From Lama glama (taxonomy: Eukaryota), in contig CM052817.1 in the NCBI GenBank assembly GCA_028534125.1, positions 37,078,001 through 37,142,000 of the forward strand: 64,000 nucleotides of DNA. Reading direction: 5' to 3'. Below are positions 39,005 through 52,905 of the stretch, one piece after another (the stretch's first letter is position 1; every line of letters begins with the position of its first letter). The position numbers were made by a program, and so were the translations under genes. The notes below the pieces were generated by a model, which was given only the letters and a program-made list of their open reading frames with translations, was not told the origin of the DNA and made no database searches.

Positions 39005-41230
39005 TCAAGTTAAGGAAGTTCCTTTGTGTTCCTACGTTGTTGAGTGATTTTTTTTTCTCATTAAAGGGTATTAGATTTTGTTAAATGATTTTTCTGTGTG
39101 TATGGTGATGATCTTTTGCTTCATTCTGTTAATATGGTATAGTACATTCATTGATTTTTATATGGTGAACCACCTTGCATTCCTGGAATAAATCTCACTT
39201 GGCTATGGTATATAATCCTTTTAGTTTGATGCTGGATTTGATTTGATGGTATTTCGTTGATGACATATGCATCTATATGCATAAGAGATATTGGTATATA
39301 GTTTTCTAGTGATATCTTTGGCTCCAGTAACAGGGTAATTCTGGCCTCATAGAATGAGTTGGGAAGAATTCTCTCCTCTTCTGTTTTTTGAAAGACTTTG
39401 AGAAGGACTGGTGTTAATTCTTTATATGTTGGGTAGAGCTCATCATGAAGCCCTCTAGTCCTGGGCTTTTCTTTGCTGGGATTTTTTTGATTACTAATTT
39501 AATCTTTTGTTAAAGGTATACTCAGGTTTTTTTATTTCTGCTTGAGTCAGTTTTGGTACTTTGTGTGTTCCTAGGAATTTCTACATTTTGTTTAGGTTAT
39601 TTAATTTTTGGCATATAATTGTTCACAGTATTCTTTTATAGTCCTTTTTATTTCTGTAAGGTTGGTAGTAGGAACTCAGTAATGAATTCACTTTTATTCT
39701 TGATTGTAATAGTCTGTCTTCTCTCTTTTCTTGATCAGTTCTAGCAAAAAAATTATCAATTTTGTTGTTCTTTTCAAAGAGTCAACTTTTGGTTTCAGTG
39801 AGTTTTCTGAAGTGACTTTATTGTGGTATAATTTCTATACAGTAAACTACACATATTTCAAATGTACGATTTGATGAATTTTGATAGATGTATATACCTA
39901 TGAAAACACTACCACAATCAAGATACCTAACATTTCCATCATTCCCCAAGAGTCATTGATTCTTTCTCTTGTCTTCTATTCTTTCATTTATCTCTGCTTT
40001 AATCTCTATTATTTCCTTTATTTTGTTTGCTTTAGGTTTAGTTTTTTTTTTCTAGATTCTTAAGGTGAAAAGTTAGGTTATTGATTTGAAATCTTTCTTC
40101 TTTTTTAATGTAAGTGTTTATAGCTGTAAATTCCCTCTGAACACTGCTCTTGCTGTGTCCAATAAATTTTGGTATGCTTTGTTTTTTAGTTCATCTTAAA
40201 ATACTTTCTAATTTCCTGTGATTTCTTCTTTGTCCCATTGGTTGATTTCCACATATTTGTGAATTTTCCACAGTATGTTACCGATTTCTTTTTTATTGAA
40301 ATATAGTTCATGTACAATATTATGTTAGTTTCAGGTATACTACATAGTGATTTGATATTTACATACTTAATGAAATGATCACCATGATAAATCGAGTAAC
40401 CATCTGTCCCCACACAGTTATTACAGTATTATTGATCATACTCCTTATGCTATATAATACATCCTGTGGCTTATTTATTTTATAACTGGAGGTTTGTACC
40501 TCTTTATCCCCTTCACCTATTTTGTCCCTTCCTCTTCCCCCCACCTCCCCTCTGGCAACCACCCATTTGTTCTCTGTATCTGTGAGTCTGTTTTTGTTTT
40601 GTTTTGTTTATTTGTTTGTTTTGTTTTTTAGATTCCACATATAAGTGAGATAATATGATATCTGTCTTTCTCTGTCTGACTTATTTCACTTAGCATAATA
40701 CTCTCTAGATCCATCCATGTTGTTGCAAATGGCAAAATTTCTTTTTTTAAAGGCTGAGTAATATTCTGCTGTATAAATATACCACATCTTCTTTATTTAC
40801 TCAAATATTAATGGACATTTAGGTTACTTCCATATCTTGGCTATTGTAAATAATGCTGCAATGACCTTTGGTGTGCGCTGTTACCGATTTCTAATTTCGT
40901 TTCACTATGGTCAGAGACCATACTTTGTATGATTTCAGTATTTTGTGGTCTAACATAAGATCTGTCCTGGAGAATGTTTATTGTGCCCTTCAGAGGAATA
41001 TGTATTCTATTGTTGTTGGGTGAAGTGTTCTATAGGTACTGTTAGTTTGGTTAATTTATACTGTTGTTCAAGTTTTCTATTTCCTTGTTGATCTTCTGTC
41101 TAGCTGTTCAGTTCATTGTTGAAAGTGGGATTAATGCCTCCAGCTCTTTTTTTTAAACTATCCATATTTCTCTTCAATTCTGTCATTTTTTTTGCTTCAT
41201 GTATTTTGGGGCTTTATTATTAGGTATATG
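39005..41230 (-). mobile_element. Old L1 ORF2 fragment carrying nested younger L1 3' ends
   Basis: Degenerate reverse-strand ORF2 sequence (GGCCTCATAGAATGAGTTGGGAAG etc.). The nested L1 at 40290-40878 has a perfect 14-bp TSD TGTTACCGATTTCT (40276-40289, 40879-40892). Another 3' piece lies at ~39810-39955. Confidence 0.85.
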
Positions 41231-41539
41231 AGCAATTTTTAGTTAAATGCTTTGCCCTTAAATAAGGTATCTTTTTCTTTTCTATTAGTGATACAAATAA
41301 TGCACTATAATCTGAATTTATTAGATTAAGAATAATTGGATGTTCTGAATCATCCTTTTAAAATGTCTACTCTCCAATATGTACTTTACATAACAAAATT
41401 TATTTTCTCAAAAAATTTAGTTGTGTGTTTGCTACAGAAAGCTGTTAGTTTTCATTGGCTAGTACCATAAAAAAGAAAATGTTATATAAGAAGATGACAA
41501 GTAACATCAGTATACTATAACTGTATAAATATTTGTATG

Positions 41540-41713
41540 TGTATTTCCCATTTAACCACAATGTTACCAGTAGAGTACTGAAGCCACCTTATGTTCATTC
41601 AGTGATGCCATATTGGTAGCTTGAAATTGTATTTCCCATTTAACCACAATGTTACCAGTAGAGTACTGAAGCCACCTTATGTTCATTCAGTGATGCCATA
41701 TTGGTAGCTTGAA
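41540..41713. repeat. Tandem duplication, 2 x 86 bp identical (88-bp period), overlapping the end of a MER63-like DNA transposon (~41567-41819)
   Basis: 41540-41625 equals 41628-41713. The element ends ...CATTTACCAGCATACCACTG (MER63-like from memory). Confidence 0.9.
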
Positions 41714-43551
41714 TTGCCATATTGGGAGTATTTATACCATAGAAACTGGAAAACGCTACTAAACTGGTAATTCTGTCCCCTGGAGAGCCAGCTGATACAC
41801 ATTTACCAGCATACCACTGCATTACCTCCATTTTTCAGATTAAACACAAAAACAAAAACCTGAGCTTTGATGAGTGGAAATATCCCCCAAATTATTCAGC
41901 TACTTAAGTGGTAAAATTAGATAATCAAACACAGTCCGTCTACCTGAAAATATTCTTTCTCCTTAAGTATTCTTATAATCACACATACATTCTTCTTCTC
42001 CACCCCAACAGATTGGCTGAAAGTGTTTTTGGATAGTTTCTACAAAATCCGTTATCAACATTTATTTAATAGGATTTGCAACTCTTATTAACGTAAATTA
42101 TCAGGGAAAATATTTCTATGTACTGGCATTTTAATGATTAAAGATTAAAATATTTTTTTCTACCAAGCAATTGAAGACTTTTCTTTTGGTCTTCTTAATA
42201 TCATGATATTGGACAACCATTAAATTTAACAAAAATTCTTTTGACAGAGGCTAAGACCTTAGGCAAAGAGATCAAATAACTTAGAAAAGTTTGCTTAGTG
42301 CAACACCATTTTATTGGTAGGGATGGAACATGGGAATATTGAGGTCTGGTAGCAATATGCCAGAAAGTAACTTTCCCTCTGAACACTGTTCAAGGCACAA
42401 GCATTCTTCAGTTTCTAGAGTCATCCTCCTTGGTCCCCATTACCTGCCTATCCCACAGGCTAAAGGACTGCTTAGTCTTCAAGCTTCTATTACCTTTCAT
42501 TTTTGCCTCCATTGGGCCAAAAGCCATTACTTGCATTATTACATTGCCTCTCCTGTCACCTCTGCAAGCTTTTCATATGTAATACTATTGCATCTGGGTC
42601 CTGGGGTGCACACAGTTTTCTGACAAACGACTGACCTATGCTGAGAATGAAAGATTATGTTATATATATTTTAGGTTCTGCTCTCCTCCATGTATACAAT
42701 TATCATGCCCACTTTTAAGTACAATACCTACACTTTTCAGTTGTCCCAGTTTTACTTTACTGCGTATTTTTCTTTCTGAATGAACTATTCTGTATTTGTT
42801 CCTAAAGAACCTCATCCCATTATTTTTGTCTCAATTCTCTTAAACTATTCACACACATTTAAAATCTGCCTCTCCAAAATGTTAGTCTCCCAAACAATTT
42901 GGTGACATTAGCAAATTTCATGAGTAAATTTAATTATTTATCTTTCTTTCTAAGTCATTAATAAAATGTAAAAAAAAAAAAAAACAGGACTAACTCTCTT
43001 GTAACTCTATCCTAAATGCACTTATTCTAGCACTCAGAGAACAAAGGTCACTTTTTAGGTACCACCTCTTACTCAGTAATGTATAATACCAGGGCGGTTA
43101 CACAGTAAAGATGTGACATGGAACTAAGTAACAAAGCTAAAAATTAAATCAAGACCTAATAAATATAAGGGTTCCATATGAAGATCAAGGACTTAGAGCT
43201 GAGCATACCCCTGTATTTTAAGTCCTCTGATACTTTAGAAATTATACACTTAATATAATAATAAAACTTGTATAATGGTATCTGACTTCTTTCGAAGACT
43301 TCTAAGGATTTAAAACTGAATTTGTCAGTCCTAATCTAGCTAAATTATTTTTGAGTCCTAATAAATGGTTTTGTTTTGCTATTATTATTAATGTGAAAAC
43401 AGCTACCATCTTTGAGTCCCTGTGATAGGCTAGATGCTTCAAGTCAGTTATGCTATGGTTTGTATGGTAATTTAACTCACTTGTTTTGCACCAAACCAAA
43501 GCTGAAGCCTCCGTGAAATGTTTCATTTCTGAAGATTGCTTCTGATTTCAG

Positions 43552-43668
43552 TTTGGGACCCACTCTGGAACCTGAGGAAGTGGTAAACAAGCTGATAGAT
43601 GGGATCCTGACTGAGCAGAAAATGATCTTTGTTCCATCTTCTTTAAGTTTTTTTTCAGTGTTAGAAAA
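43552..43668 (+). CDS. HSD17B11: HSD17B11 exon 6
   Basis: Acceptor GATTTCAG|T. Encodes (S)LGPTLEPEEVVNKLIDGILTEQKMIFVPSSLSFFSVLE(K). Donor AA|GTAAGT. 117 nt. Confidence 0.96.
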
Positions 43669-44154
43669 GTAAGTGACAGTTATGTTTGTCAGCATTACAC
43701 ATAAAGATTATCTATTACATGTTTTAATTCAGATTTAAAGTCAGTCGTTTGATAAAGTACAATTAAATGGAATTAAGTTAATAAAAATTAATAGGCTTAA
43801 GGAATCCATCCATTTTTAAAACCACATTTGTTAATAATTCAAGCAAGATTGGTATAGCAAATGGGGAAAGAAATTAAATAATTTCCACAAGTTTTAAGTT
43901 GTTTTGTTTTGTTTTTAAGAAAGAAATTTGTACATTTCTGAAAGTTTTGTCTTATAAATGAATGAATAGGAAGGAGGATAGTTTTTAATCATTATTACAT
44001 AATGGAATTATGGGACCGTGATATTGGAGGAGACCATAGTTAGGTTTTAGATAGTCATTTAAATATACAACAGATAATCATTGAGCTCTTTGCAAAGTCA
44101 TCCTGAAGCATAAGAATTGCTACATAATCTCTTATAATTTTACAGACCTTTAAG

Positions 44155-44495
44155 CCTTGCTCCTTCAAATGTGGTCCATGGATGAGCAGCATCACCATCA
44201 CGTGGGAGTTTATTGGAAATGTAAAATCTCCTGATCTCCTGAATCAGAATTTGCATTTTAATAAGACCCACAGGTGATTTGTATGGACATTCGAATTTGA
44301 GAAGCATTTCTTTGGAGCAGTAACTCCCAACTTTGGTGCCCACTAGAACTTACCTGGGAGTTTTTAAAATGCTAATTAATGCCTGAGACCTACTCCCTAC
44401 GATTCTGATTTAATTGGTCTGGAGTGTGGCTTGGTCTCTAAGAGATACAACTTTCTCTGTGATTCTAACATACAGCCAAGATTGGAAACCACTCT
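44155..44495. mobile_element. Two adjacent MER5-like hAT MITEs
   Basis: Both carry the MER5-type core: GAATCAGAAT..GCATTTTAA.AAGA.CC..AGGTGATT in the first and GATTCTGATTTAATTGGTCTGG in the second. Similar copies are at ~19345-19545, ~28335-28450 and ~28930-29130. Confidence 0.6.
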
Positions 44496-45957
44496 TTTAA
44501 AGAATGCATAACACATTGCCCCATTACTCTTCTGGGATAGCTGTGTGGCAATGACACTGGTCAGGTAATAGAGGAAAGTGAGGAGGTGCCTTAGGTCAGG
44601 GGGGAAAAAAAAGCCTGTTACTCTCTTACTGCCTGCCTGTCCCTAGAGTCAGGCTTCCCTAGCATGGATCCTTTAGGAAGTCATTTAAAAATAATAGGTT
44701 TAGATAATAAAGCTCAAGGATCTTCTTGGAAAATAAATGAGTTAAAACCTATAAAGTGTTTCCCATTATGCTTGTCCCATTATGTAAGTGTTCGGTGATC
44801 ATGGTCTTTAGAATGTAACTTTCTGAGGGAAGGAATTTTGTCTGGTTTCCATCACTACATCTCCTGAGCTTTGAAGAGTTGATGGACACAGAGGAGGCAC
44901 CAAAATGTTTGATGGTTAAAGTTTCCCCAGACTTTTATCACAGATGAATCTGTGTTTTTGTGATTTGCTATGTGGACATGGATGAGTTATCTAACTTCTT
45001 TGAAGCTCAGTTTCTTCATCTGTTATATGGAGACAACAGGACTTTATAGGCCTGTGAGAAATAAATAAAATGCATTTAAAATGTTCAGCATACTATAAGT
45101 AATAAATGCTATATACCAGCATTATTATTATAATTATCACTATTATTAATATTGCCCTGATTTTTGTCTGAATATGAATGTTTGCTGCTCAGTTTCTAAA
45201 CCTTATTTAACTAATGCCATCTAAGCAGATGTCTGTACATAGTTACACAAGTTTACATACTCTGTTCAGTTTCTCTCAGACTCACTGGAATGTGACAAGT
45301 TCCTCAATATACTTAAGGATGGGGTAGGGCGATAAAAATTAACCTACTGTATGTCCATCACCATAAAATTAAGGCACTTTATATTAACACATTGATTAGT
45401 TATAAGGACACTGTGGGGGTAAGTGTTAATTGTTTCATTTACCTGTAAGAAATTTAAACTCAAAAGTTAAATAATTTGTTCAGCATTATGCTCAAAAACC
45501 AAGTGTATTGTCTGCATTTTCTTTCAGCAATTCTGCGTCCCTAGTCTTTAAATGAAACATTTTAATAGTTTCTGGATTATAAAGTATAAAATTAGTTCCT
45601 ATTGTTACTTCCCCTCCAGTGTCAGGTTTCTTTTTTTTAAGCTGTTAGTACCTGAACTATTCAGTTCTATACACCTTGTCTCTTAGATCTTTTGAAAAGT
45701 ATTCGAGTATATTTATTTTGAAGACTATATCTTTCAGGTCACTCCTACCCTAAAGAAGGTTAAACTTTCCTTTTCCTTTTGAAAAGGAAATGTATTTCAC
45801 TGGAAAGAACATATAGTGGTGACTCAGAGTTAAAGTTCTTAATCTTATTTAAGATGAACATGGACATGATACTTGATAAATATAAGTATTTTTAAAGATA
45901 TTTTACAAATGCACTTAATATTACTTTCCTAATTATTTCATGTTATCTTTCTTTTAG

Positions 45958-46048
45958 GACCCTTCCTGAGCGTTTCCTGGCAATTTTAAGACGAAAGATC
46001 AATATTAAGTTTGATGCAGTTATTGGATATAAAATTAAAAAACAATAA
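45958..46048 (+). CDS. HSD17B11: HSD17B11 exon 7 (coding part, to the TAA stop)
   Basis: Acceptor CTTTTAG|G. Encodes (K)TLPERFLAILRRKINIKFDAVIGYKIKKQ*. The exons sum to 210+108+132+107+138+117+91 = 903 nt = 300 aa. Confidence 0.96.
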
Positions 46049-46610
46049 GTGCTTCGCTTTTTTAAAAAATGATTTACCAGGTGTAAGTTGATTTCATATA
46101 ATATTAACCAGAATTTTAATGTTTGGACTTCGCTTTTCCTAATTATCATTTTTTTTTAATACCACCTTTTGAGGCTCCAGCAGGTTCTAATTTCATATAA
46201 TACACAGAACTATCTTAGGAACCGATCTTATGGAAAGTGGAAGAAAACAAAGAGTTTTACAATAATTTCCAAGATTTTGTAGCTCATGTAAAGGCTTTGC
46301 AAAGTTTATACTATTAATGTTTCAGATGTATTTTTATTTTTAATCACTTAAATTTTATATAATTTACATTTCCTTTTCATGAAGGACTATATCTAGTGGC
46401 ATTTCATAATGAATTTCACGTCATGTAAGAAATATTGCTCAAGCATTTCACCCTACACATTACTACTCTGCTTCCTGAGAAATACCTCACATTCCAATGC
46501 CGGACATTTCAGCACAAGGAAACTGGAGATGGACACATGTTGCGAGTATAAAGGCATCATTGAGATTTGAGGCAGAGAATTGGGAGAATGTACACATAAG
46601 TGGCAATAAT

Positions 46611-46616
46611 AATAAA
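46611..46616 (+). terminator. HSD17B11 polyadenylation signal
   Basis: AATAAA ~560 nt after the stop, followed by a U/GU-rich downstream element (TTTTGGTGTTTCTATCTTTTTGTTTTTG, ~46633-46660). Confidence 0.7.
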
Positions 46617-49600
46617 TGGATCAAATTTAAACTTTTGGTGTTTCTATCTTTTTGTTTTGAGCAGAACATAGCTTAACCTTCAAATTAAAGGAAAATAGAT
46701 TATGTAATCAAGGTCTGTTTTTCTTTTTCTCTTTTTAGTATCTGGAAGTCTGTTTAAGGAAGGTTATACTATAGATTCTATAATATTAGGAAATTTCATC
46801 TGAAGGTATCATTTCGACAATACATTTCTCCCTCTTTCCCATCAACTAACCTCTTCTGATACAGAGAATCAAAACACAATTGCTGTTAACCAAATTCTTC
46901 ATTTAGTTGAGGTAAGTATATATCTGAGTCCCAAAATGCCTGCTTTCCAAAACATCATTATATTTGAATAAAGTAGCACAGAGTCCTCTCCATACTTTGG
47001 CTTTGCTAGAGTACCTGCAAGTCACCACAGAGCTTATAGGTGTCCTGGACCATACCATGTTAGCAGAGAATGACATTAGAAGGTGGAGAGTCAGTTATAG
47101 TCATCTTCTAACTCATTTTGAAGCAGATTGTGTATTCTTTTGATTAAGTTATACCTGTTGCAGCTTGCCAAGTGGAAGAGTGAAGCAGGCTAGGAGAAAG
47201 CCTTTAGTGAAACTTTAGTGAAATAACTGAGGCCCAAAGTGTACTGATAACTTTCCTCTTTTCACAGTAAACATGCTCTGGCTCTTAAGACACTTGTCTA
47301 AAATTAACACTTGGATGAATTTTGGTATTAACCATTATGAGAAATAAGTACTTCTTCACTCTTTTGCTTGAATATGCTGACAGAATGGTAATCAGTCCCC
47401 TGTACTGAATGTTAGCCACATACTAGGGACAGTTTGCCATTTAATCCCCAGCAGTCCTGTGTCATGCACACTGTTGAAGGACTTGAAATAGCTATGAACA
47501 CAGCAGTGGTAAGCAGGAACCCAGAAGAACCTCAGAGGCTGGAGCCCTGCTCTGCTGGCAGGTGAATGAATGCTGCAAGGGTTCTGAATATTGTTTTCTG
47601 CATTTAAAAAAAATAAAAAAGCTTGCTTCAATTCACCAACATCAGGCAATTACTGCTGTGACTCTAAGTCTGAAAAATTTTAAGTGTTAGTTGAATGACA
47701 CTAATCCTTACTCTGAACCCACTTCTCAACAGTTTAGTAGGAAAATCCATCTCAGCCATCAGCAGGGCTCCTTGTGAGGGTCACACCAAAATCAAAGAGG
47801 CTTACATTGCCTTGGGGTAAGTGGGAAAATACTTCGAATTGTCAGCTGTCATGGTACCCTGTGATCCTAAACTGGGATCTTGATGACTGATGGCTCTCTC
47901 CTTTGCAGGATACGGATGTCCTGACTGTGGCAGGGAACCACCCTCCCTGGACATAATCTTAAAACCTTCCTCTGAGCCCTTCCTGTCACCCTGGGGTCCT
48001 GCCATGGGACTGCTAGGACTCACCAGCCTCTCTTATATTCCCTTTGAGAATACTTCCATGCTTGCTTCAGAAACACTCTTCCCCACCCTTGTCCCCCACC
48101 ACCATTCCCATTTGCCAAAAATCTATACTTTTTAATGGAAATGAAAGCATGGAGAATCAAGCCAAGGAAAAGGATAAAAATTGACCCTCAGTACATCTTC
48201 AACACCAACTTGGCTAGTGAGTAAATGGCTAATAAGTATTTTACTGTGGGGAAGGGTGCAATTAAGAGCTTCCTCTCCCAGATACGGTGATAGTTTTACT
48301 TCCTTGGACAGTTCTGTGTGTGTGTGACTTCATTATCCCCGTCTTACAGATGACTATAGCCCAGAGAGGTCCACCATATACTTACAATCACAGAGCTACT
48401 TAGAAGTCACGCTGAGGATTTAAACCCATGTTTGCTGGCCTCACTACCACACAGCTTCAGTGGACTTCTTGGAGAGTTGAATTATATCTCTTAACACCGT
48501 CTTCTTCCTTTTACCCAAGATTTCCTTCATATTTAAACAATATTCCAAAATCAGCCAGTGAAAATCTCGGTTGGTAATTTAAACTGTTCAGTCTAGGAAT
48601 TATTTAAAGGTAGAATAAAATGCTGCAGTGCAGATACCCGATTATTCCACCTAAAAAAAAATCTAGCCTGGCCTGGCCCAGTATCACCACAGTCTAAAGT
48701 TTCCTGAAATTAAACTACTGAGCCTGAAAGTAATTGGGGTAGTCTTAATCTACGCCAGACATCAAATCCTTCCCCAAAATTGATAGGAAATTTCCACTTG
48801 ACCTGAGAGCCAATCTGACCCCACCAAGTTCTTTTCTTTTTTTTTTTTTCTTTTTTTCTTTTTCCTTTTTTTTTTTTTAGTTTGGAAGTGACTGGATCAA
48901 CTTCAGAACTGAGGAGATGTGCCTTTTACTTTTGTAGTCTTCACTTTAATTAAAGGTACCCTAGTACTGCAAAAAAAAAAAAAAGACGAAGAAGAAGCAG
49001 CAGCAGCAGCAGCACTGGTTAATCTAATACAAGCTAGCCTTTCTGGAGCCTCAGTTTCTTCATCTATGAGAGAATCAAATTAGATTACATAGTCTCCTAG
49101 ATTACCTCCAGTTCCAGTTAAATAAATGTTTTAAAATCAACACATACAAAACCTAGCATCTTCTCTACCCCATCCACATTCCCTAAACAGAGAATGCCAT
49201 TTTTAACAACTAAGCCAGAAACCTGGAGTTATGCTTTCTTCCTACCTTCCCCTCACCCTCATCTCTCACCACACCAAAACCTAATTCCCACCACACACAT
49301 TCAATATCAATCACCATTCCCACATTTCTATTTCCAGCCTAAGTCTTCCCTCTGAGCACCAGACACATCCAAATGCTTTCTTGCTCTCTCTGCCCGTATG
49401 GCCAATAGGCATTTCAAGGTTCTATTGCCAAAAGTGAGCTTTTGATGTTCCAAACCTGCTCCAAACCCCATTACTCCGTTTGCTCAGGCCAAAAAGGTTT
49501 GTGTCATCCTTGATTCCCCTCTCTCATTCCCCACATCCATTATGAAAACAATTCTGTTTTTCCTACCTTGAAAATATATCCAGAATTCTATCACCTCTTA

Positions 49601-50035
49601 TCACCCCACTGCTATCATCCTGATCCAAGTCACCATCACCTCTTGTTCCTGTTTTGCTATTCCCAAAACAACAGCCAGAATGATTTTTTAGAATATGAGA
49701 TCATGTCATGCTTCAGATCAAAATCCTTCCTTAGCTTCTCATCTAAAACTTAAAGCAACAGTCCTTACCATGACCTACAAGGTGATATGTGGTCCAGTCT
49801 TCCTACCTGTTACCTTACTACTTGTATTAGTCAGGGTCCTCCAGAAAAACATAACCAGTAGTAGATTTTATATACATACTTACTGGTAGACAGACAGAAG
49901 GTATTTCAAGGGATTGACCCACGTGATTGTGGGAAGCTATCAAGCGTGAAAGTTGTTGAGGAGGCTGACAGGCTGGGAAGTCTTGGGCAGAAGTTGATTC
50001 TGCAGTTCTGAGGCAGAATTTCTTCTCACTCAGGG

Positions 50036-51031
50036 TGTCTTAGTTCAGGATGCTATAACAGAATGCCAAATACTGAGTGGCTTGTAAGCAACAGAAAATT
50101 ATTCTTCACAGTTCTGGAGGCTGGGAAGTCCAAGATCAAGACATCAGCTGATTTGGTGGCTGGTTACCTGCTTGCAGGTTCACAGCCAGCCAGCCTGTCT
50201 TCGCACTGTGTCCTCACAGGACAGAAGGGGCAGGGGAGTTCTCTGAGGCCTCTGCTGTATGACCGTAATCGCATTCATGGGGCTTCATCTCCATGACCTA
50301 GTCACCTATCGAAGTCCCCAACTTGTGATGTGATTTCTCTTGGGTTATGATTCCTCGTCATCTTCTGTGAAACTCATAGGATTTAAGCTATAGTAAGTAA
50401 TTCAGAATGCAATCACAATGGCCAGTGTCAACTTCGCTATTAGTTGTTTTGAAATATCTAATATAGGACTTCAAATGTGTTAGAGTGATAAATTAAGAGG
50501 GTTACTTTAAATAAGGAACCTGTTGGGCAATGTCCATGGAAATATTTCACTGGAACAGAAGGACAGAGACAAGATCTCCCTGGGGCATAACCATTACACC
50601 TCACTGGCAGACTCCTTTAAACGAGCCCACTAAGCCGAGCAACTGGCGACTTTTCCTGGAGGACCCAACTCCAGCTGCTGAGAGTTTTTCTAGACCAGCG
50701 CTGCCAGAGGCTCTGTCGTCCCGCTCACAGCTTGTTACAGGACCAAAGACCACAGCTCATGCTGAGATGCCTCCCTCCCAGGCTTCTCCTTGGAGGGGCT
50801 CGTAACCCCCTTTCCTATTTTCCCTACTTTGACTAACCTGTGTTGTGTGCAAAAACCAAGTGATTTGTGAAATGAATATTAGCTTCATTTTGTGTGTCTC
50901 TAATCCTGCGATTCATACCTGGTCTTACCTCTGGGCCCTGTAACAAACACCCGACTTCCAAATACCATGACGCTGGGGATTAGGTTACAACATGTGAACC
51001 TTGGAGGAACTCAAATGTTCAGCCTATAGCA
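50036..51031. mobile_element. MLT1-type MaLR LTR nested in the MLT2
   Basis: Ends TGTCTTAGTTCAGGATGCTATAACA ... TTCAGCCTATAGCA. TSD CAGGG/CAGAG. Confidence 0.8.
50324..50951. mobile_element. LTR-like insertion nested in the MLT1
   Basis: Starts TGTGATG. The MLT1 sequence resumes after it. Candidate 5-bp TSD CAACT/CGACT. Family not recognised. Confidence 0.6.
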
Positions 51032-52905
51032 CAGAGAAAGCTCAGTTTTTCTTTCAGAGACTTCCAATGGATGGGACGCAGCCCATCCACATTATCAAGA
51101 ATAATTTCCTTTTATTTAAAGACTACTGATTGTAGACGTTAACCACATCTACAAAATATCTTCACAGCAATACTTAGATGAGTGTTTGATTGAATAACTG
51201 GAAACTATAGCCTAGCTATGTTGACCTGTAAAACTAGCCATCACTCTACCTTCACTCTCTTTCAGTTCACTCCAGCCACACTGGTCCCTTGATGTTTCTT
51301 GGACCCACCAGACATGTACTCATCTCAAGACCTTGTACATTACTCTTTCCTCTCCAGAATCTCTTCTTCCAGATCCACATAGCTAGCTCCCTCTTTCCTT
51401 TAAGTCTTTTTCTTTATGTCTTTTCAGAATTTTTCACCCTGTACCTAAAACTGCAATCCTGACTACACAGTCTACACACAAGATTCCATTTCTCCCCCTG
51501 TTCTCTGATTTTCTCCTTGGCATTTATCATTACGGAACATACTATACATGTTACTTATTTATGCTCTTTGTTGTCCACATTGCCCCTAGAGCATTAGCTC
51601 CCCAAGGGAAGTGATTTTTGTTCACTGCTGTATCCCCAATGCCCAGAATAGCCCATAAAACTTACCAAGTATTTGATATATATTTATTAAAGAAATGCCT
51701 ATTTCTTATATTATTCTAGCTTGTAAGTATCTCCTTTGCCACCAGCCTCATTCAGACCACTGTCATCTCTGGCCTGGATTACTGAGAAGCCTCCTAACTA
51801 GTCTCCCTCCATCTAGTCCTGTCTTTCTTCCAGTACATTCTCCATCCTGCAACATGTCTAAATCTGATGATGGCATTCCCCCGCTCAAAACCTTTTACCA
51901 GTCTTCACTGAGGCTAAGACTCTGAGAGACTGAGCCTTTGCTGTGCTCTCTATCTTCTCTCTACCCAACACTCTGTTCTCCAAGGGAGAACTTCCTATTC
52001 CTTGAATATACCATGACCTCACCTCCAGTGCCTGCACATGTGATTTCCTATACCTGGAACATTCCTATCCCCTTCATCATCTAGCTAACCCCTGCTCACC
52101 CTTTAGGTCCCATCTATGGCTCACCTCCCACCCCATCATCAGGACTGGGTGATGTGCCCTTTCTGTGAGCTCACAAAACTCCTTATATTTAGGACTGTCA
52201 TAGCGTCTTGTACCAGGTGAAGAGTAAAAGGGCAATTATACTCCTAGGGAAATGAGTAGCCAGAAAACAGAGGCAACCACTGTAGATTAAACTTGACAGT
52301 AAGATATGAAAGACAGGATGGCAAACAGGGATGAGGTGGGTAAAAATTTCACTGAGTATTTTTATGATGGAAGAGATCCAAAAATAGTTGAAAGCAAAAG
52401 AGACAGGTCCTTGGTAGACAGGAATAGTGGAATTGATAGGGAAATAAAAATAATGAGGGGAACCAGGAAAGGAAGATTGAGTAGCAGATTACAGAGATCA
52501 GGACTCTTCCTTTGCTAGTCCAGGGAAAGAAGTAGGATAGATGTGTGGAGAGGAAGAGAGGGGTTTTATAAACCAGAAATACACTGAGGCTATATGTGAA
52601 GTGTGAATTGGGGGGTTGTTTGGTTAGATAGATACTAGGCTTTGCAGCCTCAGGTTGGAGTTTATATGACCTTTAAGACTACCTGATACTGCTTTAACGA
52701 TTTGGCAGTACACAGAACACCTGAACTAATGAAACCCCCCGGAGAGGAGGAAGAAATTTTCATTTGAAGAGATCATATTCCTAAGCTTCTACTTGGCAGG
52801 TAATTACAGACTAAACAAACAGTGGATCAAAATAATGTGCATAAATCCTATAACCTCCTCTTTTTATGGTCTCAAAGTAATAATGCCTTAGTGTCAACTT
52901 TCTTT

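Larger units (their letters stand above)
49823..51245. mobile_element. MLT2-type LTR split by nested insertions, lying within L2 remnants
   Basis: Ends TGTATTAGTCAGGGTCCTCCAGA ... AAAACTAGCCATCACT. TSD CTACT/CTACC. Confidence 0.8.
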
